Part shown: positions 8,568 through 17,975 of the stretch, piece after piece
Layout: every line of letters begins with the position of its first letter
Position numbering within the stretch: position 1 is the stretch's first letter
Source: Candidatus Latescibacterota bacterium
GTDB lineage: Bacteria > Latescibacterota > UBA2968 > UBA8231
Assembly (NCBI GenBank): GCA_963422735.1
Contig: OY730476.1
Coordinates: 4,000,880-4,064,879 of the forward strand
DNA length: 64,000 nt
Reading direction: 5' to 3'
Translations under genes and position numbers: made by a program
The notes under the pieces: model-generated
Database searches by the model: none
Told to the model about the DNA's origin: nothing
What the model saw: the letters and a program-made list of their open reading frames with translations, nothing else

Positions 8568-9479
8568 TCAACGCGCATACCCATCGGGATTGTCCCGGCG
8601 CCAATTGGGCTGGTAGCCTTCCTTGGCGTCAAATCCATACGACGGCCCGATCTGGTTTTCGGACTGCCAAGGCCAAGCCTGGCCGCCGATGATGCGGAAC
8701 TGCTCGCCCTTACCGCAGAGCCAATAGAATATATGGGCATAGTAGCGCGCCGTGCCGTGCCCGCCGTAATACGCTCGCTGGAAATCGAAATCCTCCTCGA
8801 CGATCCAATCGCGCCGCGGGGGTGCCGTGCGCCAGTAATTGTACTTGAGCATCCGGCGGAGACCTTTGGCGGTGGACTTGCCGCGGCGATGGAGGATACT
8901 TTGGTGATGGATGCCGATGGTGCCGGCCGGGCCGTCGCAAAACAGGCCCCCTTCTTCGCTGTTGCGGGATGCCGGTTGGATGTGCGAGCCAGGTACTAGC
9001 TCGGTCGGCCCTAACTCCACGGGCGTGTCTTGGGGAAAGTAGAAGACCTCCAAAAAGCGCAGCTCCGGGCCGAAGACGTGATCGGCGTCTTGGTGCCAGC
9101 CTTGGGCTTCCATTGGGCATTCGGCCCGGTGGTGGCTGGCTATGATCGGCAGGCCGACGTTGGGGCCTAAAAGCGAGCGCATGGCACCGGCTAACTGGGG
9201 ATTGAGCAGGACGTGCTCGATGAACCAGTTCTCCAAGAAGATGGAACTCGGCTCGTGGGTAAAGCGGATGCGGTCGAGGTCGGCCTCGGTCAGGCCGTCG
9301 GGGATGTAGCTCGGGTTGGCCGGAATATCGCCGTCGAGCCAAGCGCAGGTGCGCTGGTTGATCCCGTCGGGCACGACGCCTTTGAGCAAAAGGTGGCCCT
9401 CGCGGCAGAATTTGAGGACTTGGGAGTCGGTGAGCGTCGGCTCGCAGTCAAAGGTGCGCTGGCATGGGTCGTAGTGCAT
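8568..9479 (-). CDS. PhyH family dioxygenase
   Basis: ORF 8568-9536 trimmed to ATG 9479, preceded by AGGAGA. Sequence: MHYDPCQRTFDCEPTLTDSQVLKFCREGHLLLKGVV...GWHQDADH...SILHRRG. Confidence 0.75.
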   Translation of the reverse strand: MHYDPCQRTFDCEPTLTDSQVLKFCREGHLLLKGVVPDGINQRTCAWLDGDIPANPSYIPDGLTEADLDRIRFTHEPSSIFLENWFIEHVLLNPQLAGAMRSLLGPNVGLPIIASHHRAECPMEAQGWHQDADHVFGPELRFLEVFYFPQDTPVELGPTELVPGSHIQPASRNSEEGGLFCDGPAGTIGIHHQSILHRRGKSTAKGLRRMLKYNYWRTAPPRRDWIVEEDFDFQRAYYGGHGTARYYAHIFYWLCGKGEQFRIIGGQAWPWQSENQIGPSYGFDAKEGYQPNWRRDNPDGYAR

Positions 9480-9641
9480 GGTCTTCTCCTGCGATAGTGG
9501 TGTCGTTTGTTTGACTAGCGGCCTGTTAACATGCATGAGCTAGCGCCTACAAGCTATCCAAATCCCGTCCATCCCGTCCACTAGGTTGCCTGCGCCATAA
9601 ATAGTTATACTCTCGCTCAGCAAAATTAAACGGAGCAAATC

Positions 9642-11825
9642 ATGGCGGAATCAAAAAAAATAGCCAGCAGCGGATTGCACATCAATCAGCGGCTCTATGC
9701 CCTCATCGCCGAGCAGATCGCGCCCGGGACAGGAGTGGACATAGATCACTTTTGGGCGGCACTGGGGAAGATCGTACAGGACTTGGGGCCAAAGAATCAA
9801 CAGCTACTTCAGCGCCGGGACGCCTTGCAGGCCCAGATCGACGCCTATCACCAAGAGCGGCGCGGCGAGCCGTTGGATCCCATAGGTTACCGGGCCTTTC
9901 TCAAGGCGATCGGGTACTTGATGCCCACGGGCGACGCACATCAGATCCGCACGGAAAACACCGACCCGGAAATCGCCTCGCTAGCCGGCCCCCAGCTAGT
10001 CGTGCCGGTTGACAATGCGCGCTACGCCCTCAACGCGGCGAATGCGCGCTGGGGTAGCTTGTACGACGCGCTCTACGGCACGGATGTGATTCTCAGCGAA
10101 GCGAGCGTAGAGTACAACGCCGAGCGCGGTGCCCAAGTCATCGCGCATAGCGAGGCATTCCTCGACGCGGTCGCGGGTCTCCAACAGGGTGCGTACCGGG
10201 AGGTGGTGGAGTTTTTTTTGCGCGAGGACGCTGGCGGGCAAACCTTGTGCGCCCGCCTCGCAAGCGGCGACGCGGTCGGCCTCAAAGACGCTGGACAGTT
10301 CGTCGGCTATGGGTGCGAGGCAGATCGGCTGAGCAGCGTCTTGCTCCGCCACAATGGGTTGCACATCGAAATCCAGATTGATCGCACCCATCCCATTGGG
10401 CGAACCCACCGCGCCGGCGTCAAAGACGTGCTCTTAGAAGCGGCTATTACCACCATCCAAGACTGCGAGGATTCCGTGGCCGCGGTCGATGCTGAGGACA
10501 AGGTCCTCGTCTATGGCAACTGGAACGGCCTAATGCAGGGCACACTAGAGGCAACCTTTGTCAAGGACGGGCAGACCCTGACGCGCCGCCTGTGCGCCGA
10601 CCGCCCATTTACCGCACCCAACGGCCACACCTTGACGCTATCCGGGCGCAGCTTGTTGCTAGTGCGCCACGTCGGCATCCACATGTACACAGATGCGGTG
10701 ACCACAGCCGACGGCGCGGAAATCCCCGAGGGCTTTCTCGACGCCATGGTCATCAGCTTAGCGGCGATCCACGACCTCAAGGGCCGCGGCTGCTACCGCA
10801 ACAGCAAGACCGGCAGCGTCTATGCGGTGAAGCCCAAACAGCACGGGCCGGACGAAGTGGCAGCAACGGTCGAGCTATTCGCACGAGTGGAGGAGGCATT
10901 AGGGCTAAGTAAAAACACCGTGAAGATCGGCATTATGGACGAGGAACGCCGCACCACGGTCAATCTCAGCGAGTGCATCCGCTGCGCCGCCGAGCGCGTC
11001 GTCTTTATCAACACCGGCTTTCTCGACCGGACTGGGGACGAGATCCACACCAGCATGGAGTTGGGTCCCATGTTGCCCAAGATGGAAATCAAAAACCAGC
11101 CTTGGCTCAGTGCTTATGAGGACTGGAATGTGGATGTCGGCATAGCAACCGGCTTGGTGGGAAGGGCGCAGATTGGCAAGGGCATGTGGACGATGCCCGA
11201 ACGGATGCGCGAGATGGTAGAGACCAAGATAGGCCACCCCCAAGCTGGGGCGACGACCGCTTGGGTGCCCTCGCCCACGGCGGCTACCCTGCACGCGCTG
11301 CACTACCACCAAGTCGATGTCTTTGAGCGCCTCGGCCATCTAGCCGGGCGGGAGCAGGCCTCGCTCGGCGCGATTCTCAGCCCTCCGGTGCTCAATCGCC
11401 AGCTCAGCCCCGAGGAGATCCAGCAGGAGCTAGACAACAACGCCCAAGGGATTTTGGGCTACGTAGTGCGCTGGGTCGGGCAAGGCATAGGCTGCTCCAA
11501 GGTGCCGGACATCACTCACATCGGCCTGATGGAAGATCGCGCCACCTTGCGAATTTCCAGCCAGCACATCGCCAACTGGCTGCATCACAAAATCGCCAGC
11601 GAGGAACAAGTGCGGGCGACCTTTGCGCGCATGGCGGCTGTGGTCGATGCACAAAACAGCGGCGACTCGGCGTACTGCCCCATGACACCCGACCTCGACG
11701 CCAGCGTCGAATTCCAAGCGGCGCTGGACTTGGTACTCAACGGCCGCACCGAACCAAACGGATATACGGAAAACGTGTTGCACAGGCGGCGCAGAGAAGT
11801 GAAGGCCGCCCGACGAATCGCCTAG
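9642..11825 (+). CDS. glcB: malate synthase G
   Basis: 727 aa, the typical MSG length, with an MSG-like N-terminus (...[31 protein letters not shown]...). Confidence 0.9.
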   Translation: MAESKKIASSGLHINQRLYALIAEQIAPGTGVDIDHFWAALGKIVQDLGPKNQQLLQRRDALQAQIDAYHQERRGEPLDPIGYRAFLKAIGYLMPTGDAHQIRTENTDPEIASLAGPQLVVPVDNARYALNAANARWGSLYDALYGTDVILSEASVEYNAERGAQVIAHSEAFLDAVAGLQQGAYREVVEFFLREDAGGQTLCARLASGDAVGLKDAGQFVGYGCEADRLSSVLLRHNGLHIEIQIDRTHPIGRTHRAGVKDVLLEAAITTIQDCEDSVAAVDAEDKVLVYGNWNGLMQGTLEATFVKDGQTLTRRLCADRPFTAPNGHTLTLSGRSLLLVRHVGIHMYTDAVTTADGAEIPEGFLDAMVISLAAIHDLKGRGCYRNSKTGSVYAVKPKQHGPDEVAATVELFARVEEALGLSKNTVKIGIMDEERRTTVNLSECIRCAAERVVFINTGFLDRTGDEIHTSMELGPMLPKMEIKNQPWLSAYEDWNVDVGIATGLVGRAQIGKGMWTMPERMREMVETKIGHPQAGATTAWVPSPTAATLHALHYHQVDVFERLGHLAGREQASLGAILSPPVLNRQLSPEEIQQELDNNAQGILGYVVRWVGQGIGCSKVPDITHIGLMEDRATLRISSQHIANWLHHKIASEEQVRATFARMAAVVDAQNSGDSAYCPMTPDLDASVEFQAALDLVLNGRTEPNGYTENVLHRRRREVKAARRIA

Positions 11826-11843
11826 AATTCAAGGAGACGACAG

Positions 11844-12629
11844 ATGGACAAGCTTTACTCGCTGCCTTCAGGCAGTGCATCACGCGCAAAAGTCGCCCTC
11901 GTCACGGGTGCCGGCAGCGGCATTGGTCGCCACAGTGCCTTGGCGTTGGCCGAGGCCGGCTATGCGGTTGCCCTAGCAGGACGGCGTCAAGATGCCTTAG
12001 AGGAAACGGCTGCTCTGGCGGGAACGGACGCCCGTATGTTGCCGGTATCCACCGACGTCGGCGATCCCGAGGCAGTCACCGCGCTGTTTGCCCAAGTCGC
12101 CGAGCACTTTGGCCGGCTCGACGTGCTTTTCAACAACGCCGGGGCTGGAGCACCGGCCGTGCTATTGGAAGACCTCGAATACGAACAGTGGCAGAAGGTC
12201 GTCGCCGTCAATTTGACGGGAGCCTTCCTCTGCACCCAAGCGGCCTTCCGCATTATGAAGAAGCAAGACCCGCGCGGGGGCCGAATCATCAACAACGGCT
12301 CGGTCTCAGCTGCGGCCCCGCGTCCCAACTCCGCCCCCTATACTGCGACCAAACACGCCATTACCGGACTCACCAAATCGACCTCGCTCGATGGGCGCAA
12401 ATACGACATCGCCTGCGGTCAGATCGACATTGGCAACGCGGCGACCGATATGACGCAACGGATGAGCGACGGCGTGCCGCAGGCCGATGGCTCCAAGCTC
12501 GTCGAGCCGCGCTTTGACGTCGAACACGTGGCCCGCGCCGTAGTGCAGATGGCCGAGCTGCCGCTGGATACCAATGTGCTGTTTATGACGATTATGGCGA
12601 CGAAAATGCCGTTTGTCGGGCGAGGTTAG
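11844..12629 (+). CDS. SDR family oxidoreductase
   Basis: [22 protein letters not shown] (TGxxxGxG), [18 protein letters not shown] (YxxxK). Confidence 0.9.
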   Translation: MDKLYSLPSGSASRAKVALVTGAGSGIGRHSALALAEAGYAVALAGRRQDALEETAALAGTDARMLPVSTDVGDPEAVTALFAQVAEHFGRLDVLFNNAGAGAPAVLLEDLEYEQWQKVVAVNLTGAFLCTQAAFRIMKKQDPRGGRIINNGSVSAAAPRPNSAPYTATKHAITGLTKSTSLDGRKYDIACGQIDIGNAATDMTQRMSDGVPQADGSKLVEPRFDVEHVARAVVQMAELPLDTNVLFMTIMATKMPFVGRG

Positions 12630-12640
12630 AAGCGACCGCC

Positions 12641-13375
12641 ATGAACATTGACGACGCTAAGGCCCATATCGGTGAATACGGGTACGCCGTGCTCAAACGC
12701 GCCCTAACTCCCGATCAGGCCAACGCCCTGCGAGATCGCTCGGCTGAGCTGATTGCAACGGAGCGGGCCGATAGCGGGGAGCACATCTACCTCGACGGCC
12801 GTGCGCAGCGAGTGTGGAACCTAGTCAACAAGGGCCGCATTTACGAGGAGATGATCCAGCTCCCGCAAGTACTCGCGCTCCAGGAGCACCTGTTGGGCGA
12901 CAACTGTATCTTGAGCAGCTTCACCGTCAATCTCATCGGCCCGGGTGCGCCAGCCGGCCGCCTGCACATCGACTTTCCGCTGGGCAGCTTTCCCCAGCCG
13001 CCGCCAGCCATTGCCCTCTGCGCCAATACCATCTACGTGCTCGACGACTTCGCGCCTGAAAACGGAGCCACGCAGATCGTGCCGGGTAGCTATAGGCGCG
13101 GGTGTCCGCCCGACCCAGAAAAAGAGTACGACGACGTCATCCAGCTAGACGTCCAAAAAGGCGATATTGTCGTCTTCCACGGCGCGACGTGGCACGGCAG
13201 CGGTGCCAATCACACCCAGCAAGAGCGGATGATTCTGTTGGGATTTTTCTGCCGCTCGTTTATAAAGCCGCAGCAGGATCAGTTCAAGCTGGTGCGCCCC
13301 GAGGTCGTCGCACGGGCGACGCCGACCTTGAAGCGATTGCTCGGATTCGAAGCGCAGTCGGGAATGCGAACGTAG
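12641..13375 (+). CDS. PhyH family dioxygenase
   Basis: 244 aa: MNIDDAKAHIGEYGYAVLKRALTPDQANALR...GRLHIDFP...ATWHGSGAN. Confidence 0.8.
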   Translation: MNIDDAKAHIGEYGYAVLKRALTPDQANALRDRSAELIATERADSGEHIYLDGRAQRVWNLVNKGRIYEEMIQLPQVLALQEHLLGDNCILSSFTVNLIGPGAPAGRLHIDFPLGSFPQPPPAIALCANTIYVLDDFAPENGATQIVPGSYRRGCPPDPEKEYDDVIQLDVQKGDIVVFHGATWHGSGANHTQQERMILLGFFCRSFIKPQQDQFKLVRPEVVARATPTLKRLLGFEAQSGMRT

Positions 13376-13379
13376 GCCA

Positions 13380-14771
13380 ATGAATTGCCCGGCACTCGAC
13401 CATCGCAAGCGCCTCTTCGTCGATATGGACGATGTCGAGCGCCAAGAAAACGTGGAACGGATATTCCACCAAGCGGAGAAGTACAGTACGCATCCCGTGC
13501 TCAAACAGGAAGCACCGTGGGAAAAGCACGGCGGCATGACCGCGGCGGTGATTTTCGACGCAGAGGAACAAATTTTCAAGGCGTGGTACATGGCCGGCCA
13601 CTATGCGCCAGGGTGCGAACACGTGCAATGCCTCGCGCTTTCGCCAAACGGGATCCACTGGGAGCGCCCCTCCCTCGGAATCCACGAGGCTCTCGGCTCA
13701 AAGGACAACAACATCGTCATCCCCGCGACCCACCACGAGGGGCAGGACCACTGGGAGACCATGCTCAAGGACCCCCTCGACCCGGATCCCGCTCGCCGCT
13801 ACAAGGCCATCGGCTGGTCGAGCTACGACTGGGACGGCCCGCGCTCGGGCATGTACAGTGCCACTTCGCCGGACGGGATCCATTGGTCGCATTCGCCGGA
13901 TCCGATTTTTCGCTTTCATCCGCGGCCCGGCACCTGCGACTTGGGCCCGGTCGGGGACGCGCAGTCGATGATGGTGGATACCGAGCGTCGGTGCTACGTG
14001 GCCTTTTTACGCGGTGTGCCCGAGCGGCTGATGAGCACGAGCGAGGACTTCTTCTACTGGTCGCCGCCGCGGCCCTTCTTGGCACCGCTCAACGAAGAAG
14101 AGGCCCTGTACAACAACACCGGCTTCAACTACGGTGCGCACTACTTAGGCATCTTGACCCATTTCGACAAACGCCCGCGGCAACAGACCCAAGTCCTGCG
14201 GCTTTTGTGCAGCCGCGACGGGGAGCACTGGCATCGGGTACCGGGGAAGCCATTGGTGGGTTTGGGTGCAGTGGGCGAATGGGACCGGTTCCAGCTACTA
14301 CTCAGCGGTGCGCCGCCGATTGCCGTGGGCGACAAGCTCTATATCTACTATCGGGGCACGGCTCGGCGGCACGCCAAGGTCCCGCGCGAATTCGATCCAC
14401 CGATTGCAGCCGATCAGCACGTGGGGACGATGGGCATTGGCTTGGCCATGCTGCGCCTCGACGGCTTCGCGTCGCTCAATGCCAGTTTTGACGGCGGGCA
14501 GATAACGACTCGGCTTTTTGCGTTGGCCGGGGACGAATTGCAAGTCAACGTCAAAGCAGATTACGGGCAGCTAACCGTCGAAGTGCTCGACGAGAAAGGA
14601 CAGCCCATTCCCGGTCATACCGCCCAAGACTGCGTCGCCATCGCCGAGGACGAGGTCGCCGTGCCGGTGCGCTGGCGCAATGGCCGGGATTTGAACGAAT
14701 TGCGAGGACAGCCGGTACGCCTGCGTTTCTCACTGCACAACGCTCGCCTGTACTCCTACTGGTGTTCGTAG
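13380..14771 (+). CDS. uncharacterised beta-propeller, glycoside-hydrolase-like protein
   Basis: 463 aa with repeated blades (SPNGIHWERP, SPDGIHWSHS, SRDGEHWHRV) and a C-terminal beta-sandwich-like tail. Family assignment is tentative. Confidence 0.45.
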   Translation: MNCPALDHRKRLFVDMDDVERQENVERIFHQAEKYSTHPVLKQEAPWEKHGGMTAAVIFDAEEQIFKAWYMAGHYAPGCEHVQCLALSPNGIHWERPSLGIHEALGSKDNNIVIPATHHEGQDHWETMLKDPLDPDPARRYKAIGWSSYDWDGPRSGMYSATSPDGIHWSHSPDPIFRFHPRPGTCDLGPVGDAQSMMVDTERRCYVAFLRGVPERLMSTSEDFFYWSPPRPFLAPLNEEEALYNNTGFNYGAHYLGILTHFDKRPRQQTQVLRLLCSRDGEHWHRVPGKPLVGLGAVGEWDRFQLLLSGAPPIAVGDKLYIYYRGTARRHAKVPREFDPPIAADQHVGTMGIGLAMLRLDGFASLNASFDGGQITTRLFALAGDELQVNVKADYGQLTVEVLDEKGQPIPGHTAQDCVAIAEDEVAVPVRWRNGRDLNELRGQPVRLRFSLHNARLYSYWCS

Positions 14772-14833
14772 CTTTTGGCCCGTCGCGACTTCGACCATTC
14801 AAAAGACGCTGCAACTTCAACGACAGGAAAACT

Positions 14834-15188
14834 ATGTGCATTGACCAGATGAACTACTACCAGCGCAAGCTCGCTTATGAAATGGATTCGTGGGAGATCT
14901 ACGTAGCGGTGGGCGAGAACGAACCCATCACCGCTGTCGATGGCCGTATGTCCAAGAGCATATTCCGGGTGCATTCAATCTGCCCCACAGGGAAATCTGC
15001 TTCAATTCCACTGAGTCGCTCGACAAATCGAAGGTCTATGTCTGCTACTGCAACGCCTCAACCAAGACAGCGCTGAAGCTGCTGACGCTGGGATTTCAGG
15101 TGCGCGAACTGATCGGCGGAAGCGCGACGGCTACGCCACCGCCGGCGACAAGGCGCAGTCCGGGACTGAGATCAAATGCGGATGCTGA
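14834..15188 (+). pseudogene. rhodanese-like domain protein, at least two frame disruptions
   Basis: Frame 1: MCIDQMNYYQRKLAYEMDSWEIYVAVGENEPITAVDGR. Frame 2: YVQEHIPGAFNLPHREICFNSTESLDKSKVYVCYCNASTKTALKLLTLGFQVRELIGG. Frame 3: KRDGYATAGDKAQSGTEIKCGC*. Switches lie near 14943-14950 and 15115-15125. Confidence 0.6.
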
Positions 15189-15217
15189 GCTATAAACTCA
15201 AGGCTTGACGGCAGACA

Positions 15218-15619
15218 CTAGCCGCAAAACGCTGCCATAGAAATCGCTGTCGCGGGGAACGTTTTAAGTATGCGCTTATCTTCGGTGACGCAGTATGTGT
15301 TCAAGCTGTGCGCCAATGCAATGTATTGGGCGTCGTAGGCCGAGACGCCGCTTTCAATAGCTAGCTTGAGCGACGTGGCTCCATCTATATCTCTTTCAGC
15401 CTGAAGCAATAAACCCCGTCCCGTGTGCCACAGCCTTTCGGCCTGTCGTGCCTTGATGATCTCGGCCCGTGCGGCAGTGGCCAGCACATTGAGGAATTCA
15501 TATCGCCAGAGTGAGGGGACTCTCCAGTCTGGATCCTTCTGGGCTACTTGCTACGCCAGAGCTGTCTTGTCGCCTTCTATGAGCGCATAGGCGATGACAT
15601 TAGTATCGACGACGATCAA
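15218..15619 (-). pseudogene. vapC: PIN-domain VapC toxin with in-frame TAG
   Basis: From TTG at 15619: LIVVDTNVIAYALIEGDKTALA * QVAQKDPDWRVPSLWRYEFLNVLATAARAEII...CVTEDKRILKTFP. The TAG is at 15551-15553, in the same frame as ORF 15218-15487. Confidence 0.75.
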
Positions 15620-15834
15620 GGACGACCTTCTTTAATGCCTTTAGAAAGAATAGTTTGTGTGAGAGGTTTGGCTGTCTTAATCGGGGCGGGCAGGTCGAGC
15701 TTCGCAGACTTTTCGAGGCTGTTTTCTATAAGTGCCAACGCATGGCGAGCCATGGAGCAGTGATGCTTGGCGGCATCCTCTTTGAGGCGGCGATGCAGGT
15801 CGGCGGGGACTTTCTTGATGAGTATATCGGGCAT
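15616..15834 (-). CDS. vapB: VapB-type (Arc/RHH) antitoxin
   Basis: MPDILIKKVPADLHRRLKEDAAKHHCSMARHALALIENSL... Its stop overlaps the vapC TTG (TTGA). Confidence 0.7.
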   Translation of the reverse strand: MPDILIKKVPADLHRRLKEDAAKHHCSMARHALALIENSLEKSAKLDLPAPIKTAKPLTQTILSKGIKEGRP

Positions 15835-15970
15835 TTGTGCAGCTCCATTTTGGTAGCATTTTGCTATAAAAATACTATCTCGTCAAAATGGATCAAGCGC
15901 AAGGCTCGACGGCTAGCGGATTGGCAACAAGAAAACCCCAGGTCAATGAAGCCAACCTGGGGTTTAATAA

Positions 15971-16046
15971 TGGTAGCCCGTACGGGATTCGAACCCGTGT
16001 TACCGGCGTGAGAGGCCGGCGTCCTAGGCCTCTAGACGAACGGGCC
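15971..16046 (-). tRNA. tRNA-Glu (anticodon CUC), CCA encoded
   Basis: Reverse complement: GGCCCGTTCGTCTAGAGGCCTAGGACGCCGGCCTCTCACGCCGGTAACACGGGTTCGAATCCCGTACGGGCTACCA. It folds as a cloverleaf with anticodon loop CU-CUC-AC and closely resembles the bacterial tRNA-Glu scaffold. Confidence 0.95.
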
Positions 16047-16176
16047 AAAGTTCGTTTTTAGCCTAACAGTTTCAAAAAATAGAATTCTCAAACCGTATTG
16101 TCAAGGTGCTGCGGCCGAGCCGTTTGACAGTCGCGGATCGGCGTGGTACTGTTGCTCTGCACGAGGAGACGGCCCG

Positions 16177-17013
16177 ATGATCGTCGAGTGGAATGCCCAC
16201 ATTTTCAGCCCCGATACCCAGCGCTATCCCTTGCATCCCAAGGCGGCCTACCGGCCGGATGTTTCCGTGCATTCCCCAGACCCGTTGGGAGCCTATTTGC
16301 AGCACATGGCCGATGCAGAGATCAACCGGGCCGTCGTCGTCCATCCCGAGCCGTATGGGGACGACCACCGGCTGATACTCGAATGCCTAAAGCGCGAGCC
16401 GGAGCGGCTGCGGGGCACGTCGCTATTTTATCCCAACGATCCAGACGCGCCCCAGAAGTTGGCCGAGTTGGTCGCTCGCGAGCCCAAAATCATCGCCACG
16501 CGCTTCCACGCACACCGAGGCAAGGAGCTGTATCTCGACAGCTTCAACGACAAAGGAGTGCGCGCCCTGTGGGAAAAGGCGGTGGAGTTGGGCTTGATCG
16601 TCGAATTGCACATCGGACCTAATTACGGTGTCCAAGTCGCCCAAGTCTTGCGCGACATCCCCCAGACGGTGGTGCTGATCGACCACTTGGCCGAGCCGCA
16701 TCTGGGCAGCGCGGTCGAATACGCCGACATACTGGAGCTGGGCCGTGCTGACGCCGAGGTCTATATGAAGCTCTCCGGCCTTGGCCACTTTGCGCAAGAC
16801 GCGCCTCTATACGAAAGTGCCAAGCCCTTTACGCAGCGCGTGATCGAAGCCTTCGGGCCGGAGCGCATGGTCTGGGGCAGCGGCGCACCGGCGATTGTCG
16901 ATGCACATCTAGCGGGCTACTCAGCGGCCGAGCGTGCGCTGGTAAAGGGGGGCAACTTGGCTGGGTGGTTCAACAAACGAGGAGAAACACGTGAACGAAA
17001 TCGAAACCTTTGA
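16177..17013 (+). CDS. amidohydrolase_2 family (TIM-barrel metal-dependent hydrolase)
   Basis: MIVEWNAHIFSPD...AVVVHPEPYG...VLIDHLAEP...MVWGSGAP. Confidence 0.75.
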   Translation: MIVEWNAHIFSPDTQRYPLHPKAAYRPDVSVHSPDPLGAYLQHMADAEINRAVVVHPEPYGDDHRLILECLKREPERLRGTSLFYPNDPDAPQKLAELVAREPKIIATRFHAHRGKELYLDSFNDKGVRALWEKAVELGLIVELHIGPNYGVQVAQVLRDIPQTVVLIDHLAEPHLGSAVEYADILELGRADAEVYMKLSGLGHFAQDAPLYESAKPFTQRVIEAFGPERMVWGSGAPAIVDAHLAGYSAAERALVKGGNLAGWFNKRGETRERNRNL

Positions 17014-17815
17014 ATTCGATCGCCAGGGTTATATCGTCATTGAGAGCCTGCTGAACGAGGCCCAAGTGGCCGCGTTGGCCGAGGCCGTTGATGAGTTGGA
17101 AGAACACGCGCTCGCGCATGTCGCCCAGCCGCCGCGCAAGCAAAGCGGCTGGGGAGCCGATTACCACGCCAATCCCGAGCGCGGCTATCACGCCAACGGC
17201 GAGCGGGCCGAGGGCAAGACCCTCATCATCGAAGATTACTGGAACGCCAACCCGGCCTTTGACATTTTGCTCGACCACCAGCCGACGATGAACTATATCC
17301 GCGGCATCGTCAAACAGCGGCCGACGATCAACAACTCCGAAATCCGCATCCGCTACCAAGGCAACGCCACCGGCTGCCACGGCGGCACCATCTCGGCCAG
17401 CCAAAAGTACCGCTATAGCTACACCGAGCACGGCATCGACTGCATGATGGTGCGGATGGTCTATTTCATCCACGATTGCACCAACGAGCAGGGGGCCTTT
17501 TGCGTGGTACCGGGGACGCACAAGACCAATCTGCCCTCGCCCCACAGCAACGACCCGGACGAAGACCCGGACATGATCGGGCTAGAGGTCAAGGCCGGAG
17601 ACGCGATCCTGTTCACCGAGAATTTGCGCCACGGCGGTTTCACCAACCGCTCTGAGCAGACGCGCAAGACCCTGCACGTGGGCTACGGGCCGCATTGGAT
17701 GATGTCGCAAAACATCGCCACCATGGACGAAAAGCAGCATATCAATCCAGAAACGTTCGCCCGCCTCACAGCAGCGCAGCGAGATTTGTTCCGGGCCTAT
17801 CCCCGCGAAAGCTGA
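16991..17815 (+). CDS. PhyH family dioxygenase
   Basis: GTG start after GAGGAGA. Sequence: MNEIETFEFDRQGYIVIESLLNEAQVAAL...FCVVPGTHKTN...FTENLRHGG. Overlaps the amidohydrolase gene by 23 nt. Confidence 0.8.
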   Translation: MNEIETFEFDRQGYIVIESLLNEAQVAALAEAVDELEEHALAHVAQPPRKQSGWGADYHANPERGYHANGERAEGKTLIIEDYWNANPAFDILLDHQPTMNYIRGIVKQRPTINNSEIRIRYQGNATGCHGGTISASQKYRYSYTEHGIDCMMVRMVYFIHDCTNEQGAFCVVPGTHKTNLPSPHSNDPDEDPDMIGLEVKAGDAILFTENLRHGGFTNRSEQTRKTLHVGYGPHWMMSQNIATMDEKQHINPETFARLTAAQRDLFRAYPRES

Positions 17816-17924
17816 TTCCTAACTGATGTTGCGCCCTAGCGTGGCCGGGAGCGTACCGAGCAAAGAGCGCGGCGTGGCTGCTGGACCGGGTGATGCGGCA
17901 GGGACTTACTCCTCACTCTGATCG

Positions 17925-17952
17925 CGAACCACGAACCGCGAATCACGCTTCA
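17925..17952. repeat. degenerate heptamer tandem repeat (CGAACCA CGAACCG CGAATCA CGCTTCA)
   Basis: Period-7 tract between convergent genes. The first unit differs by one base from the CTAACCA register of the array at 50922-50991. Confidence 0.5.
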
Positions 17953-17975
17953 TACCAAGTGCGTAACGTCAGTTC

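Noticed and set aside
15551-15553. In-frame TAG codons in vapC and brnT (also 27158-27160) as recoding, pyrrolysine or a reassigned stop
   Set aside because: TAG is used as the ordinary stop of glcB, the SDR gene, two PhyH genes and others in this window. No pyl genes are present. A nonsense mutation is the simpler reading.
14772-16176. Integrated genomic island at tRNA-Glu
   Set aside because: TA and pseudogene debris lies next to the tRNA, but there is no integrase and I could not spot a direct repeat of the tRNA 3' end. This is insufficient to call a mobile element.
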